62,526 nt of DNA from an uncultured Candidatus Saccharibacteria bacterium (GCA_964398685.1 CAYNNF010000005.1:1-62526), one strand, 5' to 3'. Numbered from the stretch's first letter, positions 34,049 to 44,197 are shown. A program made the numbers and translations. Notes: generated from the letters alone by a model not told the origin.

Positions 34049-35428
34049 ATGCTCAATTTTATTAAAAAACACAAAATGTCTTCCTTAATATTTGGAGATA
34101 TTTTAATCCTCTATTTTTCTCTTTTTATCACCCTTTTCGTAAGACACCCAAGTGGCTTCACTTTTACGCTTTGGCGGCAGCATTTTTATCCTTTTAGTGT
34201 TATTTATATAATTTGGTTGTTCGTTTTTTACTTAAATGGACTCTACGATATTAATTTATATAAAGAATCGCTTAAATTTCTCAAAAAATTCTCGCAAGCA
34301 ATTTTAGTGAATCTTGCGTTTGCCGTAGGATTTTTTTATTTGTTCTCAGGCAACATTAGTCCCAAAAGAAATTTGTTTCTTACGCTTATCTTTTTTAGTA
34401 TTCTTTTCTATCTCTGGCGGCATATTTTTTATCTTTTTATCAAATCATCATTGCTTAAAACCAATATTGCTTTTGTCGGCATTAATCAAGAAGTTTTAGA
34501 AATTTTAGAACATCTTTCTAAAAATCCCCACCTGGGCTATAAAACAATTTTTCTTTTAACTGGAAAAAAAGAGAATTCTCTCTTAAAAAAAATTCCCGAG
34601 CAAATTAAAGTTTATCAAGGTTTTTCAAAACTAAATAACCTTTTGAAAGAATCTCTTCTTTCAAAAATAATAATCGCCATGAAGCCGGAAGATAATCCCG
34701 TGCTTGCCAAAGAACTTTACCATTCATCATCTAATATTGAATTTGTTTATTTTCCTAATTTTTATGAGGAAATAACTTCTAAAATTCCTCTGGAGATGAT
34801 TAATCGTTTCTGGCTTCAACAATCCCACGATGGAAAGGTGCATATTTTTTTCAAGCGAATCTCTGATATTGGTTTGGCTTGTATAGGAGGAATTTTATTG
34901 ATTGCGCTATTTCCTTTTTTACTGTCCGCTTATCTTTTAACGGACGGCTTTCCTATTTTCTTTGTCCAAGATCGTGTTGGCAAAAATGGAAAAAGATTTA
35001 AAATTTTAAAATTAAGAACAATGATAAAAACAGCCGAAAGAGAAAAACCCCTTTGGGCTGAAAAAAATGATATTCGCGTTACCCGGCTTGGCAAATTTTT
35101 AAGAAAGAGTTATGTTGATGAACTTCCCCAATTTGTTAATATTTTAAAAGGAGAGATGTCTGTTATCGGACCTCGTCCCGAACGGCCAGAATTTGTAAAA
35201 ACATTAGAAAAAGAAATTCCCTTTTATCCTTTGCGCCATATTATAAATCCAGGCGTTACGGGCTGGGCTCAGATTAATTCTTTTTATGCAAGGTCAATTG
35301 ATGACAGTGTGGAAAAAACCCGCTACGACCTCTTTTATGTAAAAAATCACTCTCTTCTTTTTGATATAAATATATTGTTGCAAACAATTAAAATGATCTT
35401 TTCAAAGAGAGCAAAGCAGAACTATTAA
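34049..35428 (+). CDS. Polyprenyl-phosphate glycosyl-1-phosphate transferase (WbaP/EpsL-type bacterial sugar transferase), priming enzyme
   Basis: N-terminal TM segments are followed by a C-terminal catalytic block: RVGKNGKRFKILKLRTM...DELPQFVNILKGEMSVIGPRPERPEF. Confidence 0.85.
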   Translation: MLNFIKKHKMSSLIFGDILILYFSLFITLFVRHPSGFTFTLWRQHFYPFSVIYIIWLFVFYLNGLYDINLYKESLKFLKKFSQAILVNLAFAVGFFYLFSGNISPKRNLFLTLIFFSILFYLWRHIFYLFIKSSLLKTNIAFVGINQEVLEILEHLSKNPHLGYKTIFLLTGKKENSLLKKIPEQIKVYQGFSKLNNLLKESLLSKIIIAMKPEDNPVLAKELYHSSSNIEFVYFPNFYEEITSKIPLEMINRFWLQQSHDGKVHIFFKRISDIGLACIGGILLIALFPFLLSAYLLTDGFPIFFVQDRVGKNGKRFKILKLRTMIKTAEREKPLWAEKNDIRVTRLGKFLRKSYVDELPQFVNILKGEMSVIGPRPERPEFVKTLEKEIPFYPLRHIINPGVTGWAQINSFYARSIDDSVEKTRYDLFYVKNHSLLFDINILLQTIKMIFSKRAKQNY

Positions 35429-35529
35429 AAATATTATATTGAGGTAGAATAAAAAGAATAATCCACATGTACTTGTGTGGATAAAAATATCTATTCTTAA
35501 TCGAAACTGCCATCCGAACACCGCCAAAT

Positions 35530-35550
35530 GCCCTGAACATAGGGCTTTTT
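35530..35550 (+). terminator. Weak terminator-like hairpin
   Basis: gccct-gaacat-agggc followed by ttttt. The stem is only 5 bp. Confidence 0.35.
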
Positions 35551-35634
35551 CTAAATTCAATAATAGGCGTTTGTTTAAATAAGTTAAATCTTTAAAATAA
35601 GTATAGGTGTTAAGTTTTAAGTTTTACGCATAAC

Positions 35635-36324
35635 ATGAAGGTTATTATATTAGCCGGTGGTCAAGGAACACGATTGCCAATATCTGCGAAAGGCATTCCT
35701 AAGCCACTCATAAAAATTAATAATAAAACTCTTTTGGATTATCAAATTAATCTTTTAGAGCGCAATGGTTTTTCAGATATTAGACTTAGCTTGGGTTATA
35801 TGGCCGACCAAATCATAGATCATATGAAGGAAAATTATCCTGGCAAATATGAATGGGTTATTGAAAAAGAAAAGCTCGGCACGGGTGGCGGCATTAAATT
35901 TGCTTCGCGCGATTTAAATGAAGATTTTTTGGCCCTTAATGTTGATGATTTTCCCAAAATAAACTTCAATGATTTCGTTAAATTTCACGAAGGACACGAT
36001 ATAGAAAACACTATCGCAATTTATGAAGTTGAGGATGCAAGAGATTTTGGCTTAGTAGAACATGCTAACGGTTTAATTAAAGATTTTTTAGAAAAGCCGA
36101 AAACAAAAAGATCCGGCCATATTAATACTGGATTTTATATTTTAAATCCCGGAATTTTTCAAGCTTTTCCAGATAAATATTTTTCAATAGAAAGAGATGT
36201 CTTTCCTGTTTTGGCCAAAAATAAAAAACTGGCCTGTTATCAAAACATCTCTCATTGGTTTACAACTGGCACAGAAGAAAGATTAAAACAGGCGAAGAAA
36301 TTTTTAAAAAACATATTTGATTAA
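35635..36324 (+). CDS. Sugar-1-phosphate nucleotidylyltransferase (GDP-mannose pyrophosphorylase-like)
   Basis: MKVIILAGGQGTRLPISAKGIPKPLIKI is the NTP_transferase G-loop; LGTGGG lies downstream. Confidence 0.75.
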   Translation: MKVIILAGGQGTRLPISAKGIPKPLIKINNKTLLDYQINLLERNGFSDIRLSLGYMADQIIDHMKENYPGKYEWVIEKEKLGTGGGIKFASRDLNEDFLALNVDDFPKINFNDFVKFHEGHDIENTIAIYEVEDARDFGLVEHANGLIKDFLEKPKTKRSGHINTGFYILNPGIFQAFPDKYFSIERDVFPVLAKNKKLACYQNISHWFTTGTEERLKQAKKFLKNIFD

Positions 36325-36329
36325 AAAAT

Positions 36330-37112
36330 ATGCAGAAATTTTTAAATATTAATCCAGAAAAAACATCACAAAAAATTATTAATTTTTTAAAAAAAGAGTT
36401 TAGCGAAAGACAAAAAAGGACGGCTATTCTCGCTATTTCTGGAGGAATTGATTCTGCTGTTTGCGCCTTTCTGTGCAAAGAAGCTGGTTTAAAACTTTAT
36501 GCAATTAATCTTCCCTACAAAAAACAAAGCATTAGCGACAGTTTATTAATTGAAAAATCTCTAAATCTACCCAAAAAACAAACTATAACTATTAATATAG
36601 GTAGTTCTGTTGATGCTCAAATAAAAAAACTGAAAGAACATATTAATATAGATGCGCTTGATAAAGGGAATATTATGGCAAGACAAAGAATGATTATTCA
36701 ATATGCCTTAGCAAAAAAATTAAATGGTCTTGTTGTCGGCACAGAAAACTTAAGCGAATACTATTTGGCGTATTTTACTCTTTATGGAGATCAGGCCTGC
36801 GACATTAGGCCTATTGCGAACTTATTTAAAACCCATATTTATCAGTTGGCAAAATATTTTAAAATACCTGAAAAAATAATTAAAAAAGCCCCTTCTGCCG
36901 ATCTTTGGAAAGAACAAACTGATGAAAAGGAATTGGGTTTCAGCTATAAAGAAGCTGATCCAATTATTTATTTTAAAATGATTAAAAAATTCACTAAAGA
37001 AAAAATATTAAAAAATAATAAATTCAACAAATCACTTGTAAATAAAGTTATTAAAAGGATTGACTCAACAGAATACAAACGAGAAAATCCTCCAAAATGT
37101 ATTTTTTGTTAA
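36330..37112 (+). CDS. nadE: NH3-dependent NAD+ synthetase
   Basis: It has the PP-loop ISGGIDSAV, GNIMARQRM, VVGTENLSEYYLAYFTLYGDQACDIRPI and KAPSADLW..QTDE, which are canonical NadE blocks. Confidence 0.75.
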   Translation: MQKFLNINPEKTSQKIINFLKKEFSERQKRTAILAISGGIDSAVCAFLCKEAGLKLYAINLPYKKQSISDSLLIEKSLNLPKKQTITINIGSSVDAQIKKLKEHINIDALDKGNIMARQRMIIQYALAKKLNGLVVGTENLSEYYLAYFTLYGDQACDIRPIANLFKTHIYQLAKYFKIPEKIIKKAPSADLWKEQTDEKELGFSYKEADPIIYFKMIKKFTKEKILKNNKFNKSLVNKVIKRIDSTEYKRENPPKCIFC

Positions 37113-37117
37113 CAATT

Positions 37118-38440
37118 ATGAAAACAAAACTAAAATTATCTGTCATCGGTCTTGGAAAATTAGGCATTTGCGCAGCCGTTTGCCCCGCGTATAAGGGATA
37201 TAAGGTGATTGGTCTTGATATTGATAAAAAAACAGTCGCGCTCGTTAATAAAGGAAAAGCGCCCGTGATTGAACCGGGACTTCAGGTCCTATTAAACAAG
37301 GCAAAAAAGAATTTACGCGCCACTCAAGATTCAGAAAAAATAATTAAAGAATCTAATGTCACTTTTTTAATTGTCCCAACGCCCTCAAAACCGGATGGGC
37401 ATTTTTCAGACAAGCTCCTTTTGAGCGCTTTAATCCCCTTGTCAAAGTCCTTAAGGCATAAAAATAGTTATCATCTTTTTGTGATTACATCAACTGTTTC
37501 ACCGGGAACAATTGAATCAAGTTTGATTCCCTTGATTGAAAAATATTCCGGCAAAATTTTGAATAAAGATTTTGGCATTTGTTATAATCCGGAATTTATC
37601 GCACTTGGAAGTGTTATTCATGACACCCTAAATCCTGATATGGTTTTAATCGGAGAGTCAAATAAAAAAGCGGGAGATATTTTAGAAAAATTTTATAAAA
37701 ATCTTTGCGACAATAAACCGTACATCGCAAGAATGTCTATTATATCCGCTGAAATTGCAAAGATTAGCTTGAATGCTTATATCACTATGAAAATTAGTTT
37801 TGCCAATACTCTGGGAAATCTTTGTGAAAGAATCTCTGGCGCAGAAGTTGATAAAATCAGCAAAGCTTTAGGCGCCGATAAAAGAATTGCGCCGTCTTAT
37901 CTCAGGGCAGGGTTAGCATACGGCGGTCCCTGTTTTCCGCGCGATGGTCGTGCTTTTACGGCTTTTGCCAAAAAATATTTTTATGATGCCAAACTCGTTA
38001 AAGCAACCGACGCAATTAATAAGTTGCAAATAGAATTGATTACTAAAAAAGTTCAAAATATTTTTAAAAATTCACACAGCAACACTGTTTCAATTTTAGG
38101 ACTTTCTTTTAAACCAGATACTCCTGTTATTGAAGAATCGGCCGCTATTTTTCTTATTAAGGAACTGCTTAAAAGTAAAGCCGAAATTACTGTTTATGAT
38201 CCGTTGGCAATAGAAAACACAAAACGAGTTTTTAAAAATAAAATTAAGTATGCTGATTCTCTCAAAAAATGCGTTGGGTCGTCTTTCATTGTTATAATAA
38301 CAACTCCAGATAAGAAATTTTATAAAATTAATAAAAACAATTTTACAAAAAAAACAATCGTTATTGATTGTTGGAGAATTTTAGAGAATAAATATTTAGG
38401 AGAAAATGTGACCTATGAAGCAATCGGAAAAAGCAAATAA
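37118..38440 (+). CDS. Nucleotide-sugar 6-dehydrogenase (UDP-glucose/GDP-mannose dehydrogenase family), canonical
   Basis: It has the Rossmann motif VIGLGKLG and the catalytic-Cys block AYGGPCFPRDG. The start is moved to MKTKLKL (37118), just after the nadE stop. Confidence 0.8.
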   Translation: MKTKLKLSVIGLGKLGICAAVCPAYKGYKVIGLDIDKKTVALVNKGKAPVIEPGLQVLLNKAKKNLRATQDSEKIIKESNVTFLIVPTPSKPDGHFSDKLLLSALIPLSKSLRHKNSYHLFVITSTVSPGTIESSLIPLIEKYSGKILNKDFGICYNPEFIALGSVIHDTLNPDMVLIGESNKKAGDILEKFYKNLCDNKPYIARMSIISAEIAKISLNAYITMKISFANTLGNLCERISGAEVDKISKALGADKRIAPSYLRAGLAYGGPCFPRDGRAFTAFAKKYFYDAKLVKATDAINKLQIELITKKVQNIFKNSHSNTVSILGLSFKPDTPVIEESAAIFLIKELLKSKAEITVYDPLAIENTKRVFKNKIKYADSLKKCVGSSFIVIITTPDKKFYKINKNNFTKKTIVIDCWRILENKYLGENVTYEAIGKSK

Positions 38441-39245
38441 AATAAACAGGGTAAAACAATATTGGAATGACCGCCCTTGCAATGTTCGTCATTCGCAAAG
38501 CAAATTTGGCACAAAAAAATATTTTGAAGAAGTTGAAAAAAGAAAATATTTTGTTGAACCCCATATCCCTGCGTTTGCTCAATTTAAAAAATGGAAAGGA
38601 AAAAAGGTTTTAGAGCTCGGTTGTGGTATCGGGACCGACTCAATTAATTTTGCAAAAGCAGGAGCTGAATTAACCGTTGTTGAGCTGTCTAAAAAAAGCC
38701 TTGAAATTACTCGCAGAAGATTTAAAACTTACAACCTCAAGGCGAAATTCTTTGAAGGAAATATTGAAGAGCTAAGTGAGTTTTTGCCAAAAGAAAAATA
38801 TGATTTGATTTATTCATTTGGTGTTATTCACCACACGCCAAATCCAGAAAAAGTTTTTGAAGAAATTAAAAAATATTGTAAGCCAGAAACAGAATTAAGA
38901 ATTATGCTTTACTCAAAGTGGTGTTGGAAAGTGTTTTGGATTATTATGGGCTATGGCAAGGGAAAATTTTGGAAGATAAAAAAACTCGTCCCCCAATATT
39001 CGGAAGCCCAAACTGGATCGCCGGTAACATATATTTATTCTAAAAAAGAAATTTATCGCCTAATGAAAGATTTTGATATCGTCAAAATATATAAAGACCA
39101 TATTTTCCCCTATGTGATTGATGATTATAAAAAATACCGTTATAAAAAAGTTTGGTATTTCAGATACTTGCCGCATTTTTCCTTTAGATGGCTTGAAAAA
39201 AAATTGGGCTGGCACACTTTAATTGTGGCAAAGCCAAAAAGATAA
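38415..39245 (+). CDS. Class I SAM-dependent methyltransferase
   Basis: Motif I is VLELGCGIGTDSINFAKAG, and the post-I/II spacing is typical. Confidence 0.8.
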   Translation: MKQSEKANKINRVKQYWNDRPCNVRHSQSKFGTKKYFEEVEKRKYFVEPHIPAFAQFKKWKGKKVLELGCGIGTDSINFAKAGAELTVVELSKKSLEITRRRFKTYNLKAKFFEGNIEELSEFLPKEKYDLIYSFGVIHHTPNPEKVFEEIKKYCKPETELRIMLYSKWCWKVFWIIMGYGKGKFWKIKKLVPQYSEAQTGSPVTYIYSKKEIYRLMKDFDIVKIYKDHIFPYVIDDYKKYRYKKVWYFRYLPHFSFRWLEKKLGWHTLIVAKPKR

Positions 39246-40471
39246 TGAAAATCTTCTTTATACAACCAACGGGCGACAAAATGGGCCATTATGGCATCTA
39301 CACTACTCATGTCTGCCAAGAAATAGCTAAACAGGGCGCCGACATAACCCTTTTTACCAATAAAATTTACCCGGAAAAATACATTGAAGAAAAACCTCTT
39401 TTTAATATTGTTGAATTTAAAAATGGCAAATATGGTTTTGAAAAATTTGACCGTCTTAAAAAGAAATTGCCTTTTTTGTATTTATATGCTTACTTAAGAA
39501 ATTCTTTTGTGGCTATTCGTGAGGCGATTAAGTATTTGAAAAAAAATGATTTTGATATTGTTTTTGTGATGGATACAGAATACGGAATTCTCTCCTTGCT
39601 CCTTAAATTATTTGGCAGAAAAATACCGCCGTTAATTTTAATGGTTCAAGCGGCTAATTTTTCCTTTAAAAAGTTTGCGGGAAATTTTCTTTTTAAAACT
39701 TATAAGGTTCTTCAAAAACAAATTTTAAAGAGCGCTGTTAAAAAAAGAATTAAAGCATTTTTAGTTTTAGGAGAGTTTCATAAAGAAGAATTAAAAAAAC
39801 AACTTAAGTTAAAAAATGATTTTCCAATTAGAGTCGTATATGACGGCGCTGATCCGCCAAAAGAATTTCTGGACAAGATTAGCGCTCGAAAAAAAATAAA
39901 TATAAAATGCGATGGACCGCTTTTTCTCTTTTTCGGGATGCTTAGAAAAGATAAGGGCATTGAATATCTTTTAAAAGCTGTTTCTCTGTTGAAAAACGAA
40001 AATTTTAAACTGGTTATTGCCGGCTCTTTGTTTGAATACAGTGAGGATGAAATCAAAAAACTAATCAAAAAATTAAATATAGAAGAAAAAATTATTCTTC
40101 GGCTTGGGTATGTGGAAGATAAAAATGTTCCTCTCTATTTTTTCTCAAGTGATGCCGCAGTTTTTCCTTATAGAAAAATCTATACCGGTGGAAGCGGACC
40201 CTTGTTAAAAGAAGCGGCGATTTATAAAACACCGGTTATAGCAAGCGATGTGTCCGAAATGGGCAGATTGGTTAAAAAACATAAAATGGGTTTAGTAACG
40301 GAGCCGGAAAATCCAGAAGATTTGGCAAATAATATGAAAAAGTTTTTATCTATGAATAACCAAGAAAAAAAAGAGCTCTCAGACAATGTGGCAAAAGCGG
40401 CAAACACTTGGGAAAAAATAGGAAAAGAATATTTAGCTTTCTTTAAAGAAATTATCAATGAAAAGAATTAG
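39245..40471 (+). CDS. Glycosyltransferase, GT4-like (GT-B fold)
   Basis: The 408-aa length, the C-terminal ...GGSGPLLKEAAIYKTPVIASDV... and the E-x7-E-like region are typical of Glycos_transf_1. Confidence 0.7.
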   Translation: MKIFFIQPTGDKMGHYGIYTTHVCQEIAKQGADITLFTNKIYPEKYIEEKPLFNIVEFKNGKYGFEKFDRLKKKLPFLYLYAYLRNSFVAIREAIKYLKKNDFDIVFVMDTEYGILSLLLKLFGRKIPPLILMVQAANFSFKKFAGNFLFKTYKVLQKQILKSAVKKRIKAFLVLGEFHKEELKKQLKLKNDFPIRVVYDGADPPKEFLDKISARKKINIKCDGPLFLFFGMLRKDKGIEYLLKAVSLLKNENFKLVIAGSLFEYSEDEIKKLIKKLNIEEKIILRLGYVEDKNVPLYFFSSDAAVFPYRKIYTGGSGPLLKEAAIYKTPVIASDVSEMGRLVKKHKMGLVTEPENPEDLANNMKKFLSMNNQEKKELSDNVAKAANTWEKIGKEYLAFFKEIINEKN

Positions 40472-41909
40472 AAATTTTCTCTTTAAAAATACTAGTCAAA
40501 AACAAACAATTTTCAAGAATACCTTTTGGCTTTCTTTTTCTGAAGTTATCGTCAGATTGTTAAAATTAAGTTTAATTATTTATGTCGCGCGTATTCTGGG
40601 AGCAACTGAATACGGAAAATTTACTTTTGCCTTTGCTTTTATTTCTTTATTCGCGATTTTTTCTGATTTAGGCATCTCCCCAATTGTCGCGCGAGACATT
40701 GCAAAAGATAAAGAAAAAGAAAAAGAGTTTTCTTCTGTTCTCTCTCTTAAGATTCTTTTGGCAATAGGAGGAATGGTTGCTGTTTTCGTCGGTTCATTTT
40801 TTATTACTTCTGATCCTTTAATTCGCAAGCTGATTTGGGTTTTGGGAATTTATGCTTCAAGTGCTAGTTTTAGCAGTATCATTTATGCGTTCTTGCAGGC
40901 AAGACAAAGAATGGAATATCAGGCATGGATTGTTGTTTTTCAAACATTCTTAGTCACAGGCGCTGGATTTTTTGTTCTTTTCAATTTCCCTTCTGTCCGA
41001 AATTTGGGTTTGGCTTACTTATTCGCCAGTTTAGCTTCTTTAATTCTTCTTCTTTTCATTTTCAACTTTAAATTTGTTCGCTTAAAACTGTCTTTTAATA
41101 AAACTGTTTGGAAAAATCTTATAAAAGTATCTTGGCCTTTGGCTCTCGCGGGCATGTTTGCTACTGTTTATAATTCCATTGACTCTGTTATGATGGGCTA
41201 CTGGGGACAAATTACAGAAACTGGCTGGTATAATGCTTCTTATAAAATCATCGGTATAACACTTATTCCCATGGGACTTATCGGTCAAGTTTTTTATCCG
41301 GCCTTAAGCAGGTTTTCTAAAAAATCAAAAGAAAGCTTTCAAAACATCTGGAATAAGCAAATGGAAATGATGATTATTTTAGCTGTTCCAATAATGGTGG
41401 GAGGTATTGCTCTTGCTCCTAAAATTATTAAACTTATTTATAGTGAAAGCTTTCTCCCCGCCACTCTCTCTCTTAAAATTTTACTTATTATGACAGCCAT
41501 TCTATTTTTGTCTAACCCAATTCAACAGGCCATAGTTGTGTTTAATCAACAAAAAAAACTTTTTTGGATTACGATGACGGGGGCAATAATAAATATATTC
41601 TTAAATTTTCTCTTAATTCCAAAGTATAGTCTCAACGGTGCCGCCATCGCTACGCTCATAACCTATGCAATAGTTTTCTTTTTATTGATTAAGCTTGTCG
41701 TAAAATTCAACCCGATTCATCCTATAAATTTAAAGTTTTTTTCGGCATTAACTGTGGCTATCATTGCCAGCATTCCAATGTATTTTGTCATAACCTATTC
41801 TAAGATTTATAATTTAAATGTTATCTTTTCTGTTATAATCGGAACTATGATTTATTTTTTATTTATACTTAGCGCGAAAAAAATTCTAAAAAAGAATAGG
41901 ATGTTTTAG
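40458..41909 (+). CDS. wzx: Wzx-type oligosaccharide flippase (MOP superfamily)
   Basis: 483 aa with about 12-14 TM segments. The N-terminal KNTFWLSFSEVIVRLLKLSLIIYVARILGATEYGKF is typical of polysaccharide-biosynthesis (Wzx) proteins. Confidence 0.75.
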   Translation: MKRIRNFLFKNTSQKQTIFKNTFWLSFSEVIVRLLKLSLIIYVARILGATEYGKFTFAFAFISLFAIFSDLGISPIVARDIAKDKEKEKEFSSVLSLKILLAIGGMVAVFVGSFFITSDPLIRKLIWVLGIYASSASFSSIIYAFLQARQRMEYQAWIVVFQTFLVTGAGFFVLFNFPSVRNLGLAYLFASLASLILLLFIFNFKFVRLKLSFNKTVWKNLIKVSWPLALAGMFATVYNSIDSVMMGYWGQITETGWYNASYKIIGITLIPMGLIGQVFYPALSRFSKKSKESFQNIWNKQMEMMIILAVPIMVGGIALAPKIIKLIYSESFLPATLSLKILLIMTAILFLSNPIQQAIVVFNQQKKLFWITMTGAIINIFLNFLLIPKYSLNGAAIATLITYAIVFFLLIKLVVKFNPIHPINLKFFSALTVAIIASIPMYFVITYSKIYNLNVIFSVIIGTMIYFLFILSAKKILKKNRMF

Positions 41910-41918
41910 CTTTAAAAA

Positions 41919-42029
41919 ATGAATGATTGTGAAAATATTTCCATAATTATCCTCGTCGCAAGAACAAACACAAGATTTAATCGCAACAATAATAATTTGT
42001 TTAAACAATTTCTTAAAATCGATTTTTAA
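41919..42029 (+). CDS. 36-codon ORF upstream of the radical SAM gene (peptide or GT2 gene remnant)
   Basis: It encodes MNDCENISIIILVARTNTRFNRNNNNLFKQFLKIDF. It starts 10 nt after the wzx stop and ends 15 nt before the radical SAM start. ISIIILV resembles the first beta-strand of GT2 enzymes. Confidence 0.25.
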   Translation: MNDCENISIIILVARTNTRFNRNNNNLFKQFLKIDF

Positions 42030-42044
42030 AATTAATCAAAAAAA

Positions 42045-43118
42045 ATGGATATTAAAAAAATAAGCAGAGTTAGTAAAAACTCTCTAAAAAGTGCTAAAAA
42101 TTTAGCTATCAGAAATTCTGGCAAACCTATGAAACCACGCTGGCTCGTTTTTATGCCGACAGGCAACTGCAATTCGCACTGCCAGCATTGCAATATCTGG
42201 CAAAATCCTCCCAAGTCTAAACCGTTAAGCTTGAAGGAAATTACTCAAGCTCTTCAAGATCCGTTATTCAAAAATATTTGTGAAATTATTAATACTGGTG
42301 GAGAAGTGAGCTTAAGGAACGATCTCGCTGAAATTATTTATATAGAACACAAGATTTTACCCAAGGCAAAACTCCAGATGAGCACTAATGCCCTTCTTCC
42401 TCAGAAAATTCTTGATGTTTCAAAACGGCTTTTAAAAAATAATATCCCTATTTCTATCGGCGTGTCTTTGGATGGCATAGGAGAAAAGCATGATAAAATT
42501 AGGGGCGTTCCAGGAAATTTTAAAAAAGCTGATTTTCTTCTAAAGGAATTGGTAAGCTTAAGAAAAAAATATAGTAAAAACCTTGAATTTGCTATTGGCT
42601 TCACTCTTTCGGATTTAACGCTTGAATCTCTTAATGAAGTTAATGACTATGGCAAAAAATTAGACATTGATGTTTTGGTTCAATACTACAACCAATCGCC
42701 TTTTTATGGTAATAACAATAGTCAGTTAAACATAAATAAAAAATTATATAATGCGGTAGCTTCTTTTGAGCCGTCTTTCTTAAAAGAAATGTGGCTTTCT
42801 TCGTTGAAGGGAAAATTTTTCAAGTTTCCTTGTTTTGCATTGAATACTTTTTTTGTCTTGACATGGGCTGGCGATATTGTTCCTTGCCTTAATTATTTTG
42901 ATATTTCAGCCGGCAATATCAGAGAAAAAAGCCCTTCGGAAATTTGGAAAAGCAAAGAAGCTCAGCAGATAAGAAAAATGGCAAAACGCTGTAAGGGGTG
43001 TCTCAATCAATGGGCTTACGGTTGGAGCTTAGAATCATGTACTTTCCCTGTTTTCTCTTTCTATCTTAAAAATCCAAAAAAACTGATAGAAAGATTTAAG
43101 CAGAGAGGAATAGAATAA
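42045..43118 (+). CDS. Radical SAM enzyme with C-terminal SPASM/twitch-like Cys-rich domain
   Basis: The CxxxCxxC cluster is in GNCNSHCQHCNIW. The C-terminal pattern is CFALNTFFVLTWAGDIVPC...GNIREKSPSEIW...CKGC. Confidence 0.8.
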   Translation: MDIKKISRVSKNSLKSAKNLAIRNSGKPMKPRWLVFMPTGNCNSHCQHCNIWQNPPKSKPLSLKEITQALQDPLFKNICEIINTGGEVSLRNDLAEIIYIEHKILPKAKLQMSTNALLPQKILDVSKRLLKNNIPISIGVSLDGIGEKHDKIRGVPGNFKKADFLLKELVSLRKKYSKNLEFAIGFTLSDLTLESLNEVNDYGKKLDIDVLVQYYNQSPFYGNNNSQLNINKKLYNAVASFEPSFLKEMWLSSLKGKFFKFPCFALNTFFVLTWAGDIVPCLNYFDISAGNIREKSPSEIWKSKEAQQIRKMAKRCKGCLNQWAYGWSLESCTFPVFSFYLKNPKKLIERFKQRGIE

Positions 43119-44197
43119 TGAAAATTACTTTTATTACTTCTGGCCTTGGCCTTTCTGGTGGCAATAAAGCAATTTTTGAACTTGCCAATTGCTTGACAGA
43201 TCGCGGCCATCAAGTTTTTGTTGTTTGTTCTTTAACTCCGTTTATATTTCAAGACAAATGGTTTAATCCGTTCAATGTCTTAACTAAGCTTTTGAGAATA
43301 TTCAAAAAATCAAAGGGTTGCGGAGTTTTTGTTAAATGGTTTGACTTGAAAGCGACGGTATTGTCGGTTCCTTCTCTTCGAGAAAAATATATTCCAGATG
43401 CAGATATTATTTTGTCTACTTGGTGGGAGACAGCTTATTTTGTAAAAAAATATAGCAAGCAAAAAGGTGAAAAATTTTACTTTGTTCAAGATTATGAAGA
43501 TTGGGTTAGTAAGACAGGGCGTGTACGCAAAAGCTATCAGCTTGGTCTTAAGCATATAGTTAATTCAAGCTGGCTCAAAAAAACGCTCAAAAAAATGGCA
43601 GGCACAAACGTAGAATCAATTATTTTACACGCGCCAGACCATAAACAATTTTATCCTCAAAAAATTAAAAGAAAGAAAGGTATAATACGGATTTTAATGC
43701 CCTATAGAGATGAAGCGCGAAAAGGCACACAAGAAGGGTTAAAAATTATAGAGCTCGTGCAAAAAAAATACCCGAACATCCAACTTGTATTATTTGGAAA
43801 AAGAAAACCAGAACATATTTCTCGCCTATTGGATAAAGCCGAATTTCATCTTTGTCCAGTAAAAGATGAATTGAGAAAATTATATAATTCATGCGATATA
43901 TTTCTTTATCCTTCGCTTAAAGAGGGCTTTGGAATGCCGCCAATGGAAGCAATGGCTTGTTGTATTCCGGTTGTAACTACAAATGCTGGCGCGATTTCTG
44001 AATATACTTTGCCAGGAAAAACCGCTTTAGTTTCAGAGCCCGGAGATATTAAAAAAATGGCAAAAGATATTATTGGTCTTATAGAAAATCCTAAGAAAAG
44101 AAAACAAATCGCCTGTGCTGGGCAGAAATATATTCAAAATTTTCGCTGGGAAAAAGCAACTAAAGAATTAGAAGCTGTTTTTAAAAAATATTTATGA
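43118..44197 (+). CDS. Glycosyltransferase, GT4-like
   Basis: EGFGMPPMEAMACCIPVVTTNAGAISE is the Glycos_transf_1 signature. Confidence 0.8.
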   Translation: MKITFITSGLGLSGGNKAIFELANCLTDRGHQVFVVCSLTPFIFQDKWFNPFNVLTKLLRIFKKSKGCGVFVKWFDLKATVLSVPSLREKYIPDADIILSTWWETAYFVKKYSKQKGEKFYFVQDYEDWVSKTGRVRKSYQLGLKHIVNSSWLKKTLKKMAGTNVESIILHAPDHKQFYPQKIKRKKGIIRILMPYRDEARKGTQEGLKIIELVQKKYPNIQLVLFGKRKPEHISRLLDKAEFHLCPVKDELRKLYNSCDIFLYPSLKEGFGMPPMEAMACCIPVVTTNAGAISEYTLPGKTALVSEPGDIKKMAKDIIGLIENPKKRKQIACAGQKYIQNFRWEKATKELEAVFKKYL

